Shown in pieces: positions 46,874 through 54,908 of a DNA stretch of 64,000 nucleotides. The stretch covers positions 3,944 through 67,943 of the forward strand of contig JAUSKM010000035.1 of assembly GCA_030646955.1 (NCBI GenBank). The letters run 5' to 3'. The position numbers were made by a program, and so were the translations under genes. Numbering within the stretch: position 1 is the stretch's first letter; each line of letters starts with the position of its first letter. The notes beneath the pieces are model-generated. The model had not been told where the DNA came from, ran no database searches, and saw nothing but the letters and a program-made list of their open reading frames with translations. This DNA is from a bacterium (GTDB lineage: Bacteria; Patescibacteriota; Patescibacteriia; JACPHY01).

Positions 46874-46943
46874 TGCACATCTCCTCCACCTCGTTTCCAC
46901 TCATCGTCCACCGAAGGGGCAAAAATCCCATTTTTACCAATGC

Positions 46944-46971
46944 TTGACGCATGTTTGCCCGTTGGTATACT
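46944..46971 (+). promoter_or_regulatory. Strong sigma70-like promoter TTGACG-N16-TATACT
   Basis: A near-consensus -35 and -10 in a 450-nt intergenic region. Confidence 0.55.
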
Positions 46972-46977
46972 GGCGGT

Positions 46978-47165
46978 GCCTTGTCGTGAGGTCTCCCGGA
47001 ACTACGGGACGCACAGGCCACGTAGGTCTGCAGCAACCCGTTATAGTCACCTTTCGGGTCCGTAGTCCGGTTACATGACGAGGTACTACCCCCGCGCACC
47101 GCTCCTCAACGTCTGGGTCGTTATGGGTGACCCGGCAATATGAGGAGAGGCGTGCGGTTTTTTTA
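46978..47165 (+). ncRNA. Candidate structured small RNA or cis-regulatory leader (~185 nt) ending in an intrinsic terminator. Class unknown; not tRNA, SRP, tmRNA or RNase P by motif.
   Basis: Starts after the promoter at 46944. Contains a long imperfect hairpin CCCGGAACTACGGGAC...GGGTCCGTAGTCCGG. The 16-bp terminator stem CCGCGCACCGCTCCTC...GAGGAGAGGCGTGCGG (47092-47158) is followed by T7. Confidence 0.4.
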
Positions 47166-47230
47166 CAGAAATTTTGCGCGTACGACCTCTGCAATATGTG
47201 GAGTGTTTTTTGTTTTGCGTGTCACCGTAA

Positions 47231-47268
47231 CGGAGAGGCGACCCTCCGAATGGTCGCCTCTCCGTTTG
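47231..47268 (+). terminator. Second hairpin CGGAGAGGCGACC-ctccgaat-GGTCGCCTCTCCG + TTTGAC, between the candidate RNA and the downstream operon
   Basis: A perfect 13-bp stem. Shares GGAGAGGCG with the 3' arm of the first terminator, so alternative pairing is possible. Confidence 0.45.
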
Positions 47269-47321
47269 ACGTACACCAGTGGGCATGGTAAAGAGTAGGA
47301 AGGCAGAAAGGGAGGTGCTCC

Positions 47322-47732
47322 TTGGCAAGCGAAGAACGGAAGCAGCTTATGGTCCGTGGCGATCGGCTGTTGTTTGCGCTTGATGTGTTGGAGGCGATGA
47401 TACTTGGGCGCGGGGATAGCCGGCTGCGGTTCTCGCGACATCGTATTCTTGCGGTAGTGGACGAGTACATTCCGCAGGAGGATGGCCTGTTCACGCGTGT
47501 GCCAGACTTTTGGCTGCAGCTCTGCAGGCGATACGATGCGGAGATCGCGCCGATTCATCGTTTTCTTTACGCCAACGCACAGCGCATCCAGGACACGACG
47601 TTTGACGCTGGCGGGCTGCTCGCGACGCTGCGCGTGCATGTTGCCGAAGGCATGATGGACGGCGTCGAACGACTCTTTGTTTCCATCGCATCCGGTAAGC
47701 TGACCGAGGTGTATTTCACGGAGGTGCAGTGA
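47322..47732 (+). CDS. Hypothetical protein (136 aa), first gene of a lower-GC three-gene operon
   Basis: Upstream RBS AAAGGGAGG. GC visibly lower (~52%) than the surrounding sequence. No recognised domain. Confidence 0.45.
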   Translation: MASEERKQLMVRGDRLLFALDVLEAMILGRGDSRLRFSRHRILAVVDEYIPQEDGLFTRVPDFWLQLCRRYDAEIAPIHRFLYANAQRIQDTTFDAGGLLATLRVHVAEGMMDGVERLFVSIASGKLTEVYFTEVQ

Positions 47733-47995
47733 TGGGCGTGACCATCAATTGGAGTTGCCAACCAGAAGCGGCGCAGCGCCTGCGGAAGATGCTGCTGGAC
47801 ATGGGCTGCATCGAGGCAAAGGACGAGGCGGAGATGGAACGCCTCGAGAAAGAAGGCCATCTCGCGTTCGTTGATCGTTCGCGGGACGCATCCTCGCCGG
47901 TGCGCGGCGCACAACGCTTGGCGCGCGGGTATGCGCTCGAGTTGGGTGACAGTGACGCTCCGGTCGGCCGTAAAGACCGGTCCTGCGGTTGCTGA
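47732..47995 (+). CDS. Hypothetical protein (~87 aa), translationally coupled to the upstream gene (TGATG overlap)
   Basis: Its ATG overlaps the upstream stop. Charged, with a C-terminal Cys pair. Confidence 0.4.
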   Translation: MGVTINWSCQPEAAQRLRKMLLDMGCIEAKDEAEMERLEKEGHLAFVDRSRDASSPVRGAQRLARGYALELGDSDAPVGRKDRSCGC

Positions 47996-48007
47996 ACAGG
48001 AGGCACG

Positions 48008-48469
48008 ATGAGGCAGTACATTGAGAACATGAGAAAGGTATGCCACAACCTCGAGTTGCTCCTGAAGGTGCTCGAGGACCTCGGGTTTGTTGGTGAAGAG
48101 GAGTGCGATGACGACGAGTGTCTAACCCAGAACTGGGGGCATCATGGCCATGCTCTTCTGTATGTCGAGCTAGTTGCATGGGAATATGCATGTAGGTTGG
48201 TACTCCTTGCGGACAATGATGATGGACTAGACGTGCAGTGCAAGATCCAAGACGGAAATTCGCAGTGGAGGTACGGCCGAATGCCGTACGAGCATCGTTC
48301 TCCTTCCCTTCGCGATCTCGATGACATGATGCGCGATCGGTTCCGTATCGATGTTGGAGCATGGAAGGAGGGCGATCCATGGCCAAAGTTCGACATCGAT
48401 GAGCAGCAGGCGTGCGAGATTGCCAGGGTTGTAGGAACGTGGTTCAAAGGATTGGAAGTGCAGGGGTAG
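48008..48469 (+). CDS. Hypothetical acidic protein (153 aa)
   Basis: Third ORF of the low-GC unit. Acidic Cys-containing N-terminal region (EEECDDDEC). No recognised domain. Confidence 0.45.
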   Translation: MRQYIENMRKVCHNLELLLKVLEDLGFVGEEECDDDECLTQNWGHHGHALLYVELVAWEYACRLVLLADNDDGLDVQCKIQDGNSQWRYGRMPYEHRSPSLRDLDDMMRDRFRIDVGAWKEGDPWPKFDIDEQQACEIARVVGTWFKGLEVQG

Positions 48470-48477
48470 CGACAAGA

Positions 48478-48510
48478 GACCCGCCATGCGTGGCGGGTCT
48501 TAACTTTTGT
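48478..48510 (+). terminator. Terminator GACCCGCCA-tgcg-TGGCGGGTC + TTAACTTTTGT
   Basis: 9-bp stem followed by a U-rich tract. Confidence 0.55.
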
Positions 48511-48550
48511 CGTAGGTTGCTTTGCTCGTATTTTGGTCCACGTTTTTGTG

Positions 48551-48568
48551 TGTTCGGTTCTTGTTCGG
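48551..48568 (+). promoter_or_regulatory. Tandem direct repeat TGTTCGG-N4-TGTTCGG located 16 nt upstream of the mraZ -35 (shared with the lexA upstream region)
   Basis: TGTTCGGTTCTTGTTCGG. See 34917-34934. Confidence 0.35.
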
Positions 48569-48583
48569 TTTTGTCAGAAACCG

Positions 48584-48613
48584 TTGACACTGTGGGAAGT
48601 GGTGGGAGATAAT
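48584..48613 (+). promoter_or_regulatory. mraZ promoter TTGACA-N18-GATAAT
   Basis: Consensus -35 and a good -10 upstream of mraZ. Confidence 0.5.
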
Positions 48614-48649
48614 GGATTTGTAGTGGGAGAAAGTGGGTTGAGCTGTGGA
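48592..48649 (+). promoter_or_regulatory. MraZ-box-like direct repeats (GTGGG x4 plus GTGGA, mostly at 10-11-nt periodicity) overlapping the mraZ promoter
   Basis: GTGGG at 48592, 48602, 48623 and 48633, and GTGGA at 48645. Matches the known MraZ operator architecture of GTGG[GT] repeats with 5-nt spacers. Confidence 0.5.
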
Positions 48650-48671
48650 TAACTAGGAAGAAAGAATCCGC

Positions 48672-49106
48672 ATGTTCATCGGAGAGTATCGTCACAGCAT
48701 TGATGCAAAGGGCCGGCTGGCGGTGCCAACGAAGTACCGCAAGCAGCTGGAGAAGGGTGCGGTGGTGACCCGCGGGCTCGACCGCTGTTTGACTATCTAC
48801 CCGGCCGAGTCGTGGAAAGAGCTTGCGGGGAAGCTTGCGTCACTCCCGATTAGTAAATCCAACCCGCGGTCATTTGCGCGCTTCCTGCTCGCTGGTGCCA
48901 TGGACGTGGAGCTCGACAAGCAAGGACGGATCATCATCCCGGAGTACCTGCGACAGTTTGCGGGGGTGGCGAAGTCCGTCGTGGTTGCCGGTCTCTATGA
49001 TCGTCTGGAAGTGTGGGATGCCGACGCTTGGGAGCGGTATCGTATGCACGCGGAGCAGGGGAGCGAGGCCATCGCAGAGGCGCTGGATGGAGAGATGGGG
49101 ATATAA
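48672..49106 (+). CDS. mraZ: Transcriptional regulator MraZ
   Basis: MFIGEYRHSIDAKGRLAVP with duplicated SpoVT/AbrB-like halves. Heads the dcw cluster. Confidence 0.9.
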   Translation: MFIGEYRHSIDAKGRLAVPTKYRKQLEKGAVVTRGLDRCLTIYPAESWKELAGKLASLPISKSNPRSFARFLLAGAMDVELDKQGRIIIPEYLRQFAGVAKSVVVAGLYDRLEVWDADAWERYRMHAEQGSEAIAEALDGEMGI

Positions 49107-49107
49107 C

Positions 49108-50067
49108 ATGTCGACGTCATTCCGAGGAACTGCAGGTGACGAGGAATCCGGTTCACGCATTGGACGGGGTCCTTCGTCGCCTGTGGCTCCTCAGAATGAC
49201 GAGCGAGTACATGTACCCGTGCTGCTGACGGAAGTCATGGCGCAGCTTGCATTGCGGCCCGGTGATGATGCAATTGATTGCACCTTCGGTGCAGGTGGGT
49301 ACTCGAGGGCGATGCTCGCTGCGATTGCGCCGGATGGGAAGGTGCTCGCGTTGGATCATGACCCGGCAGTGCGTGCGGCAAGCGTGGATGATCGGCTGCT
49401 GTTCGTGCACGGTTCCTTCAAGGACATCACGGCCATTGCAGGGACATACGGATTTCACGCACCGCGTGCGATCGTCGCGGATCTTGGGTTCTCCTCTCTG
49501 CAGCTCGGCGACTCGAATCGCGGATTCAGCTTTCAGCACGATGGACCGCTGGACATGCGATTTGATCCGACGAGCGCTCACCTCACCGCTGCGGAGCTGC
49601 TGGCGACATTGCCAACCAATGAGCTGGAACGGATCATCCGCGAGTACGGGGAAGAGCGGCACGCGCGAGCGATTGCCAATGCGATTGGTGCGCAGCGGAA
49701 ACGGCACCCGCTCACGACGACGGGCGCGCTCGCAGATCTTATTGCGCAGACGCTTCCGCGCCGTGGCAGGATCCATCCGGCAACGCGGACGTTCCAAGCA
49801 CTCCGGATTGCGGTGAACGATGAGCTGGGCGTGTTACGATCGGCAATTCCGCAGATGCTCAATCTGGTGGTGCCGGGCGGATGCGTCGCGATCGTCAGTT
49901 TTCACTCGCTGGAGGATCGCATCGTGAAGCAGGAGTTTCGTGCGGTGGTCGCGCGGGGCTGGGGGGAGCGCATCACCAAGAAGCCCATCGTGCCATCGGC
50001 GGAAGAGCTCGCAGCAAATCCAAGGAGCCGTTCCGCAAAGCTCCGTGTCGTCCAGCGGTATCCCTGA
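49108..50067 (+). CDS. rsmH: 16S rRNA (cytosine1402-N4)-methyltransferase RsmH
   Basis: HVPVLLTEV...DCTFGAGGYS...FHSLEDRIVK motifs. The internal ATG right after the mraZ stop is preferred over the track ORF start at 48823. Confidence 0.9.
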   Translation: MSTSFRGTAGDEESGSRIGRGPSSPVAPQNDERVHVPVLLTEVMAQLALRPGDDAIDCTFGAGGYSRAMLAAIAPDGKVLALDHDPAVRAASVDDRLLFVHGSFKDITAIAGTYGFHAPRAIVADLGFSSLQLGDSNRGFSFQHDGPLDMRFDPTSAHLTAAELLATLPTNELERIIREYGEERHARAIANAIGAQRKRHPLTTTGALADLIAQTLPRRGRIHPATRTFQALRIAVNDELGVLRSAIPQMLNLVVPGGCVAIVSFHSLEDRIVKQEFRAVVARGWGERITKKPIVPSAEELAANPRSRSAKLRVVQRYP

Positions 50068-50480
50068 TGCGCAATCTCCTCATTGTAGACTCCTTCTCTG
50101 TTGAGAATACTCCTGTGATCACGCTCGCACTCCCATTCCCATTCATCCGTACATCGCGTCGTCGTCGCGGTCGTACATCGGTGCTCCAGCGCGCGCGGGG
50201 CATCGATGCGCGGCCGTGGAACGTATTCGTTGTTGTTGCGCTTGTGGCGTGTACGCTGGGGTACCTCGCATTGGTGAACAGCAATGCGACCGCGGGGTAC
50301 GAGCTTCATGATTTGGAGAGCCGCGCGGCCGAGTTACAGGACGAGACGCGCCAACTCGAGATCACTACGATTTCGATGCAATCCGAGGAGCGCGTCGCGT
50401 CGCGTATTGTGGACATGGGGTACGTGGACGTTGCGCAGGTGCGGTACCTCGCGCAGGATCGGGTAGTCGCGCGTCGGTAG
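50067..50480 (+). CDS. FtsL/DivIC-like cell division protein (single TM plus coiled coil)
   Basis: Dcw position after rsmH, a TM helix NVFVVVALVACTLGYLALV, and a leucine-zipper-like segment. Start overlaps the rsmH stop. Confidence 0.5.
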   Translation: MRNLLIVDSFSVENTPVITLALPFPFIRTSRRRRGRTSVLQRARGIDARPWNVFVVVALVACTLGYLALVNSNATAGYELHDLESRAAELQDETRQLEITTISMQSEERVASRIVDMGYVDVAQVRYLAQDRVVARR

Positions 50481-50742
50481 CATTCGTGATCCCTCATTCG
50501 CATTTCGTGGTCCCCTACGATTCGGGCCTTGGCCCATCGTTCTTTCTCTCCCCATTCGTGCTTCGTAGGGGGACATGAGCTGCGAGATGCGGGGTGCGTG
50601 CTTGTACGGCACACGCAACATCGCCCTCCGAGACCGGGGGCGGTGTTGTTTGTGTGTTGAGCGGAAATAATGATGGCTTGCTTGACTGGAACGAGCATCC
50701 ATGCAACAATGAATTGTCCCGCAAGCGGGCAAGGGAGGTTCC

Positions 50743-51063
50743 ATGTCACACGAAAGTGCGAGGTCAGTACGGCTGACCGGCGTGTTCGGCAATCTCGTCG
50801 TCGGTGACGATTCATGTCTGTGTCGTCTCATCGAGATCAGCGAGACGGCGATCATCGTTCAGCCCAGCCCCATGCCGAAGCATAGCAACGGGGAAGTGCA
50901 GGTGCAGTTCGTGCTTCCCGGGAGTCGCTCGCTGCTCTGTTCGTGGGGCGAGATCGTGCAGCGCACCGTTGACCTCAAGGTGACGGTTCGGCGGACGCAC
51001 GAGCCGCCTCGCATCCGCGAAGCGATCGACGCGTTCTTGCAGCAAGCACAACAGCCGGCGTAG
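50743..51063 (+). CDS. Small hypothetical protein, possibly PilZ-like (106 aa)
   Basis: Weak resemblance to the PilZ RxxxR...DxSxxG motifs (ARSVRL...EISETAIIV). Low confidence. Confidence 0.3.
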   Translation: MSHESARSVRLTGVFGNLVVGDDSCLCRLIEISETAIIVQPSPMPKHSNGEVQVQFVLPGSRSLLCSWGEIVQRTVDLKVTVRRTHEPPRIREAIDAFLQQAQQPA

Positions 51064-51082
51064 TTCCCTGCTTCCGCACAGG

Positions 51083-51114
51083 AGACCCCCGCATCCGGGG
51101 GTCTCTGCTCTTGA
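51083..51114 (+). terminator. Terminator GAGACCCCCG-catc-CGGGGGTCTC + TGCTCTTG
   Basis: 10-bp perfect stem. Confidence 0.5.
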
Positions 51115-51181
51115 AAAGGAGCGGCAAGTATGGTACAGTACAGGACTGGGTGTCTGCTGTTCGGCATCGCCCGTAATCGAC

Positions 51182-51964
51182 ATGCGGTCTCCTGGAGGTA
51201 TGCGGAGGATTGTCGTGGGTGCGATCGTCATTGCAATGGCATGGATGCCGGCATCGGCACTTGCACATCAGCCGCGTATCGTGGCGAGCGGGGTCACGGA
51301 CGTGCATGATCCAGAGCTCTCGCAGGCGTTCTACGGTGCGCTGGTTGGCGCTCCAGCGATCTACCGCATTGTGGCGGATGATGCGTTTGACCTGTACGTG
51401 AACGTGCTCGTGCCGGAGCGGACGAATGCCAATGGAATCTTTTCAGTAGATGTCATCCGGCGTATCGGCGAGCGGCAGATTCAGGAGATGTCGTTGGACG
51501 GCACGGCGGCCGAGTGGGTGCCATTCTATGAGCCGTTCGGGGGCGATCACTATCGTAAAGGACCGGAATTTCGCATGCGCGCGAAACCCGGAATGTACGA
51601 GATCGTCGTCTGGAATGCTGCTATGGAAGGAGCGTATACACTGGCAATCGGCGAGCGCGAACAATGGGGCGGGCGCAGTATCGGACAGCTCCTCGTTGTG
51701 CTCCCCGTGCTCAAGGCCCAGTTTTTTGGGTGGAGTATTCCTGAAATTGTTTTTTCGCGTATCGGTATTGCGTGGGCAGCGCTGCTCTTCGTGCTTTCCG
51801 GCGTAGGCGCGATCATTGTGCGGCGCGTGCGGCGAGCTGCACGGGAGGTCGCCAGACATCGTGATGCGCAGCATTCGGATCCTGCTGCTGGCGAGCGCAG
51901 CGACGATCATCCCGTCAACGAAGTACCCTCGGTGTCGCGGGACAACGAGCGGGACGCGATATGA
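51182..51964 (+). CDS. Hypothetical secreted/membrane protein (signal peptide plus C-terminal TM)
   Basis: A signal-like N-terminus, a soluble domain, and a C-terminal hydrophobic helix. No family recognised. Confidence 0.45.
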   Translation: MRSPGGMRRIVVGAIVIAMAWMPASALAHQPRIVASGVTDVHDPELSQAFYGALVGAPAIYRIVADDAFDLYVNVLVPERTNANGIFSVDVIRRIGERQIQEMSLDGTAAEWVPFYEPFGGDHYRKGPEFRMRAKPGMYEIVVWNAAMEGAYTLAIGEREQWGGRSIGQLLVVLPVLKAQFFGWSIPEIVFSRIGIAWAALLFVLSGVGAIIVRRVRRAAREVARHRDAQHSDPAAGERSDDHPVNEVPSVSRDNERDAI

Positions 51965-52188
51965 CGAAAGACCAATTCGTGGCACAGATACGACGCGTGC
52001 TCATGATTCCGGGCGTGTGTCCAAAAGAGCAGCGCGCGCAGGTTATTGCGCAGCTCGAGGCGCTTGACGAGGCGCAATTCGCGCAGCTCATGGCGGTCAT
52101 GCAGCGTCTCCCCAAGGAGGAGCTGCTGGCGGCATTGCGCTCTGGCGATACGTCGGCAGTCGAGTCGCTGCTGCGGAAACACTCGTGA
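51961..52188 (+). CDS. Small hypothetical helical protein (75 aa)
   Basis: Start overlaps the upstream stop. Confidence 0.35.
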   Translation: MTKDQFVAQIRRVLMIPGVCPKEQRAQVIAQLEALDEAQFAQLMAVMQRLPKEELLAALRSGDTSAVESLLRKHS

Positions 52189-52211
52189 TCGTTCGAGCGT
52201 AGCAGCTTTTT

Positions 52212-53420
52212 ATGCACGTGCAGCGTATCGGCATGCTCGCCGCAGGAGCGTTGGTGCTCATTGGCGGCGGGATGGTCATTGCGCGCGAACCGGAGGTTGG
52301 TGGCGCAGCGCTCCATGAGGTGCAGGAAACCTCGCGTCGTGCGGACGTCACGCTCGACTGGGATGCGGTGACGGTTGGTGAAGGCGATACGTTTGCCGCA
52401 GTGATGGAACGCATCGGCGTATCGTACGCGGATACGCTCGCGATGGTTGCGGCGGCAGAAGACGTGTTTGACTTCACGATGATTCGCCTCGGGCGAGCAA
52501 TCCGGTACGAGGTGCGTGATGGCGTGTTGACGCGGCTTGCCTACGATATTGATACGGAAGAGTACGTACTGGTGGAGCGCACGGGAGATGGGTTTGCGGT
52601 TCGACGCGATTCGATTCCATACGAAGTGACCCGCGTCACTGGGGCAGGGACGATTGCGACATCGCTCTACGCGGACGGCCTTGCAAGCGGTATGCCGGAG
52701 GCGGCCGTCATCGCGCTTGCAACTGCGTTCGAGTGGACGATTGACTTTGCAACGCAAGTGCAGCCGGGCGATACGTTTCGCGTGCGCTATGAAACGCGGA
52801 CGCGCAATGGGGCGGAGGCAGGCATCGGGAGCGTGCTCGCTGCGGAATTTGTCAACTCCGGGAAGCGATTCACTGCGTATCGTTTTGTGGGCAGCAATGG
52901 CGCGGCTGCATACTTCGATGCGGAAGGCGATTCGTTGGCACGACAGCTCTTGCGCGCGCCGCTGCCGTACGGTCGCGTGACCTCCGGATTTACCTACGCG
53001 CGGTTTCACCCGACGCTGGGACGTACGACGCCGCATCGCGCCATTGACTACGCAGCGCCCATCGGCACGCCGGTTCGTTCCACGGGCGCGGGAACGGTGA
53101 CCGCTGCGGGTTGGAATGGTGGGTATGGGAACTCTATCGCGGTGCGTCACAACGAGACGTACGAGACGCATTACGCGCACCTCTCGGGATACGCAAAGGG
53201 CATTCGGCGCGGGGCGAGCGTTGCGCAGGGACAGACGATCGGGTATGTGGGGTCAACCGGATTCTCCACCGGTCCGCACCTGCACTACGAGATCGCAAAG
53301 TGGGGGACGCTCATCAACCCGTTGACGTTGGAGCTCCCGCCCGTAGAGCCGGTGGCGGACGATCGGCGCGCGGCGTTCACAGCGCTCCGCGATGCGTTGG
53401 ATGCGGAGCTCGCGGAATAA
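52212..53420 (+). CDS. M23 family metallopeptidase with an N-terminal OapA/Csd3-like domain (second M23 gene)
   Basis: HRAIDYAAP...GGYGNSIAVRH...HLHYEI M23 motifs and an N-terminal TM helix. Confidence 0.75.
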   Translation: MHVQRIGMLAAGALVLIGGGMVIAREPEVGGAALHEVQETSRRADVTLDWDAVTVGEGDTFAAVMERIGVSYADTLAMVAAAEDVFDFTMIRLGRAIRYEVRDGVLTRLAYDIDTEEYVLVERTGDGFAVRRDSIPYEVTRVTGAGTIATSLYADGLASGMPEAAVIALATAFEWTIDFATQVQPGDTFRVRYETRTRNGAEAGIGSVLAAEFVNSGKRFTAYRFVGSNGAAAYFDAEGDSLARQLLRAPLPYGRVTSGFTYARFHPTLGRTTPHRAIDYAAPIGTPVRSTGAGTVTAAGWNGGYGNSIAVRHNETYETHYAHLSGYAKGIRRGASVAQGQTIGYVGSTGFSTGPHLHYEIAKWGTLINPLTLELPPVEPVADDRRAAFTALRDALDAELAE

Positions 53421-53497
53421 CCCTCCCTCGCTCGTTGGAATGTTAAGCATGAGTGATGATGGAATACGAAGCATAGTGGTCATACGGTAGTACATAT

Positions 53498-54799
53498 ATG
53501 GATACGAATAGTCAGAAAAAAGAATACGGATTTGCAAACCTCGGCATTGCGCCGAAGCTGTTGGAAGCACTGGTGAAGCGCGGATTCACGCAGCCGACAC
53601 CCATCCAGGCGCAGGCGATTCCGATCGCGTGCGAGGGGAAGGATGTCATCGGCATCGCGCAGACCGGGACGGGGAAAACGATCGCATTCGGCATTCCGAT
53701 GATTCAACGGCTTGCGAAAGGCAAGGGCCGCGGACTCATTCTCCTGCCGACGCGCGAGCTTGCGGTTCAGGTGAATCAAGAGCTTCAGGACACCGGGAAG
53801 CACTTTGGGTTGCGGTCGGCCGTCGTGATTGGCGGTGAGTCGGAAGGCAGACAGTTGCAGCAGCTCCGTCGCACGCCGCACATCATCGTTGCCACGCCGG
53901 GGCGGTTGGTGGATTTCCTGGAGCGCGGGAAGGTGTCGCTCGCCGATGTTTCGGTACTCGTGCTTGATGAAGCAGATCGCATGTTCGACATGGGGTTTGC
54001 GCCGCAGCTGAAGAAGATTATGCTCGCGGTGCCGCGCCAGCGGCAGACGATGCTCTTCTCCGCGACCATGCCGCCGGAGATTGTGCGGCTTGCGAAAGAG
54101 CACATGGGATGGCCGGTGCGCATCGAGATCGCGCCGCAGGGAACCACGGCAGATCGCGTCCAGCAGGAGCTCTACATTGTCCCGCGCACGCAAAAGCTAT
54201 CGCTCCTGGCGCAGGTGCTTCGCGAAGTGCCGGGATCCGCGATCGTATTCTCGCGCACGAAGTACGGCACGAAATCGCTCGCGCGGAAGATTCGGAGCAT
54301 GGACCTTGCCGCGGCGGAGATCCACGGCAATCGGACGCAGGCGCAGCGCCAGCAGGCGCTGGAAGGGTTCAAGCGGGGGACATTCCGCATCCTGGTGGCG
54401 ACGGATATCGCCGCGCGCGGTATTGATGTGCAGGACGTCGCGCTCGTGCTCAATTACGACCTCCCGATGCAGGCCGAGGATTATGTGCACCGCATCGGCC
54501 GCACCGCGCGAGCGGGCAAGACGGGGCGCGCGATCTCGTTTGCTACGCCGGAGCAGGCAAAGGACGTCAAAGCAATCGAGCGGCTGATCAAGCAACCGTT
54601 GCCGCGACGCGCGTTGCCGCAGGATCTGCCCACGATCACGGATGACGAGCGCGAGCGGCGCGGGGAACGCGGCCGGAGGCCAGGGAGCGGTGGTGAGCGC
54701 CACGATCGGCCGCGCGGTGGCCCCTATCGCAGCGCGCGCCCGGAACGCGGTGGCGGCCCGCCACACCGACGGCAGCAACCTCCTCGCCGACGACGATAA
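53498..54799 (+). CDS. DEAD-box ATP-dependent RNA helicase
   Basis: Q motif, AQTGTGKT, PTRELA, DEAD (VLDEADRM), SAT, HRIGRTARAG, and a C-terminal RG-rich tail. Confidence 0.9.
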   Translation: MDTNSQKKEYGFANLGIAPKLLEALVKRGFTQPTPIQAQAIPIACEGKDVIGIAQTGTGKTIAFGIPMIQRLAKGKGRGLILLPTRELAVQVNQELQDTGKHFGLRSAVVIGGESEGRQLQQLRRTPHIIVATPGRLVDFLERGKVSLADVSVLVLDEADRMFDMGFAPQLKKIMLAVPRQRQTMLFSATMPPEIVRLAKEHMGWPVRIEIAPQGTTADRVQQELYIVPRTQKLSLLAQVLREVPGSAIVFSRTKYGTKSLARKIRSMDLAAAEIHGNRTQAQRQQALEGFKRGTFRILVATDIAARGIDVQDVALVLNYDLPMQAEDYVHRIGRTARAGKTGRAISFATPEQAKDVKAIERLIKQPLPRRALPQDLPTITDDERERRGERGRRPGSGGERHDRPRGGPYRSARPERGGGPPHRRQQPPRRRR

Positions 54800-54800
54800 C

Positions 54801-54850
54801 ACACACGCACCCCGATACGAATATCGGGGTGCGTGTGTGTCTGTCGTGCA
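54801..54850 (+). terminator. Terminator ACACACACGCACCCCGAT-acgaat-ATCGGGGTGCGTGTGTGT
   Basis: An 18-bp stem. The downstream U tract is weak. Confidence 0.5.
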
Positions 54851-54908
54851 CAAAGATCGCGCATACAGCGGACACGTTGCTATACTGTGGATAGCAACTC
54901 CCTCTCTT

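Noticed and set aside
46978-47165. Identification of the structured RNA as SRP 4.5S RNA, tmRNA or RNase P RNA
   Set aside because: It lacks the SRP domain IV motif (GGUCAGGUCCGGAAGGAAGCAGC), tmRNA tRNA-like ends, and the RNase P P4/GGGUGAAA signatures. The length is also wrong for RNase P and tmRNA. The class remains unassigned.
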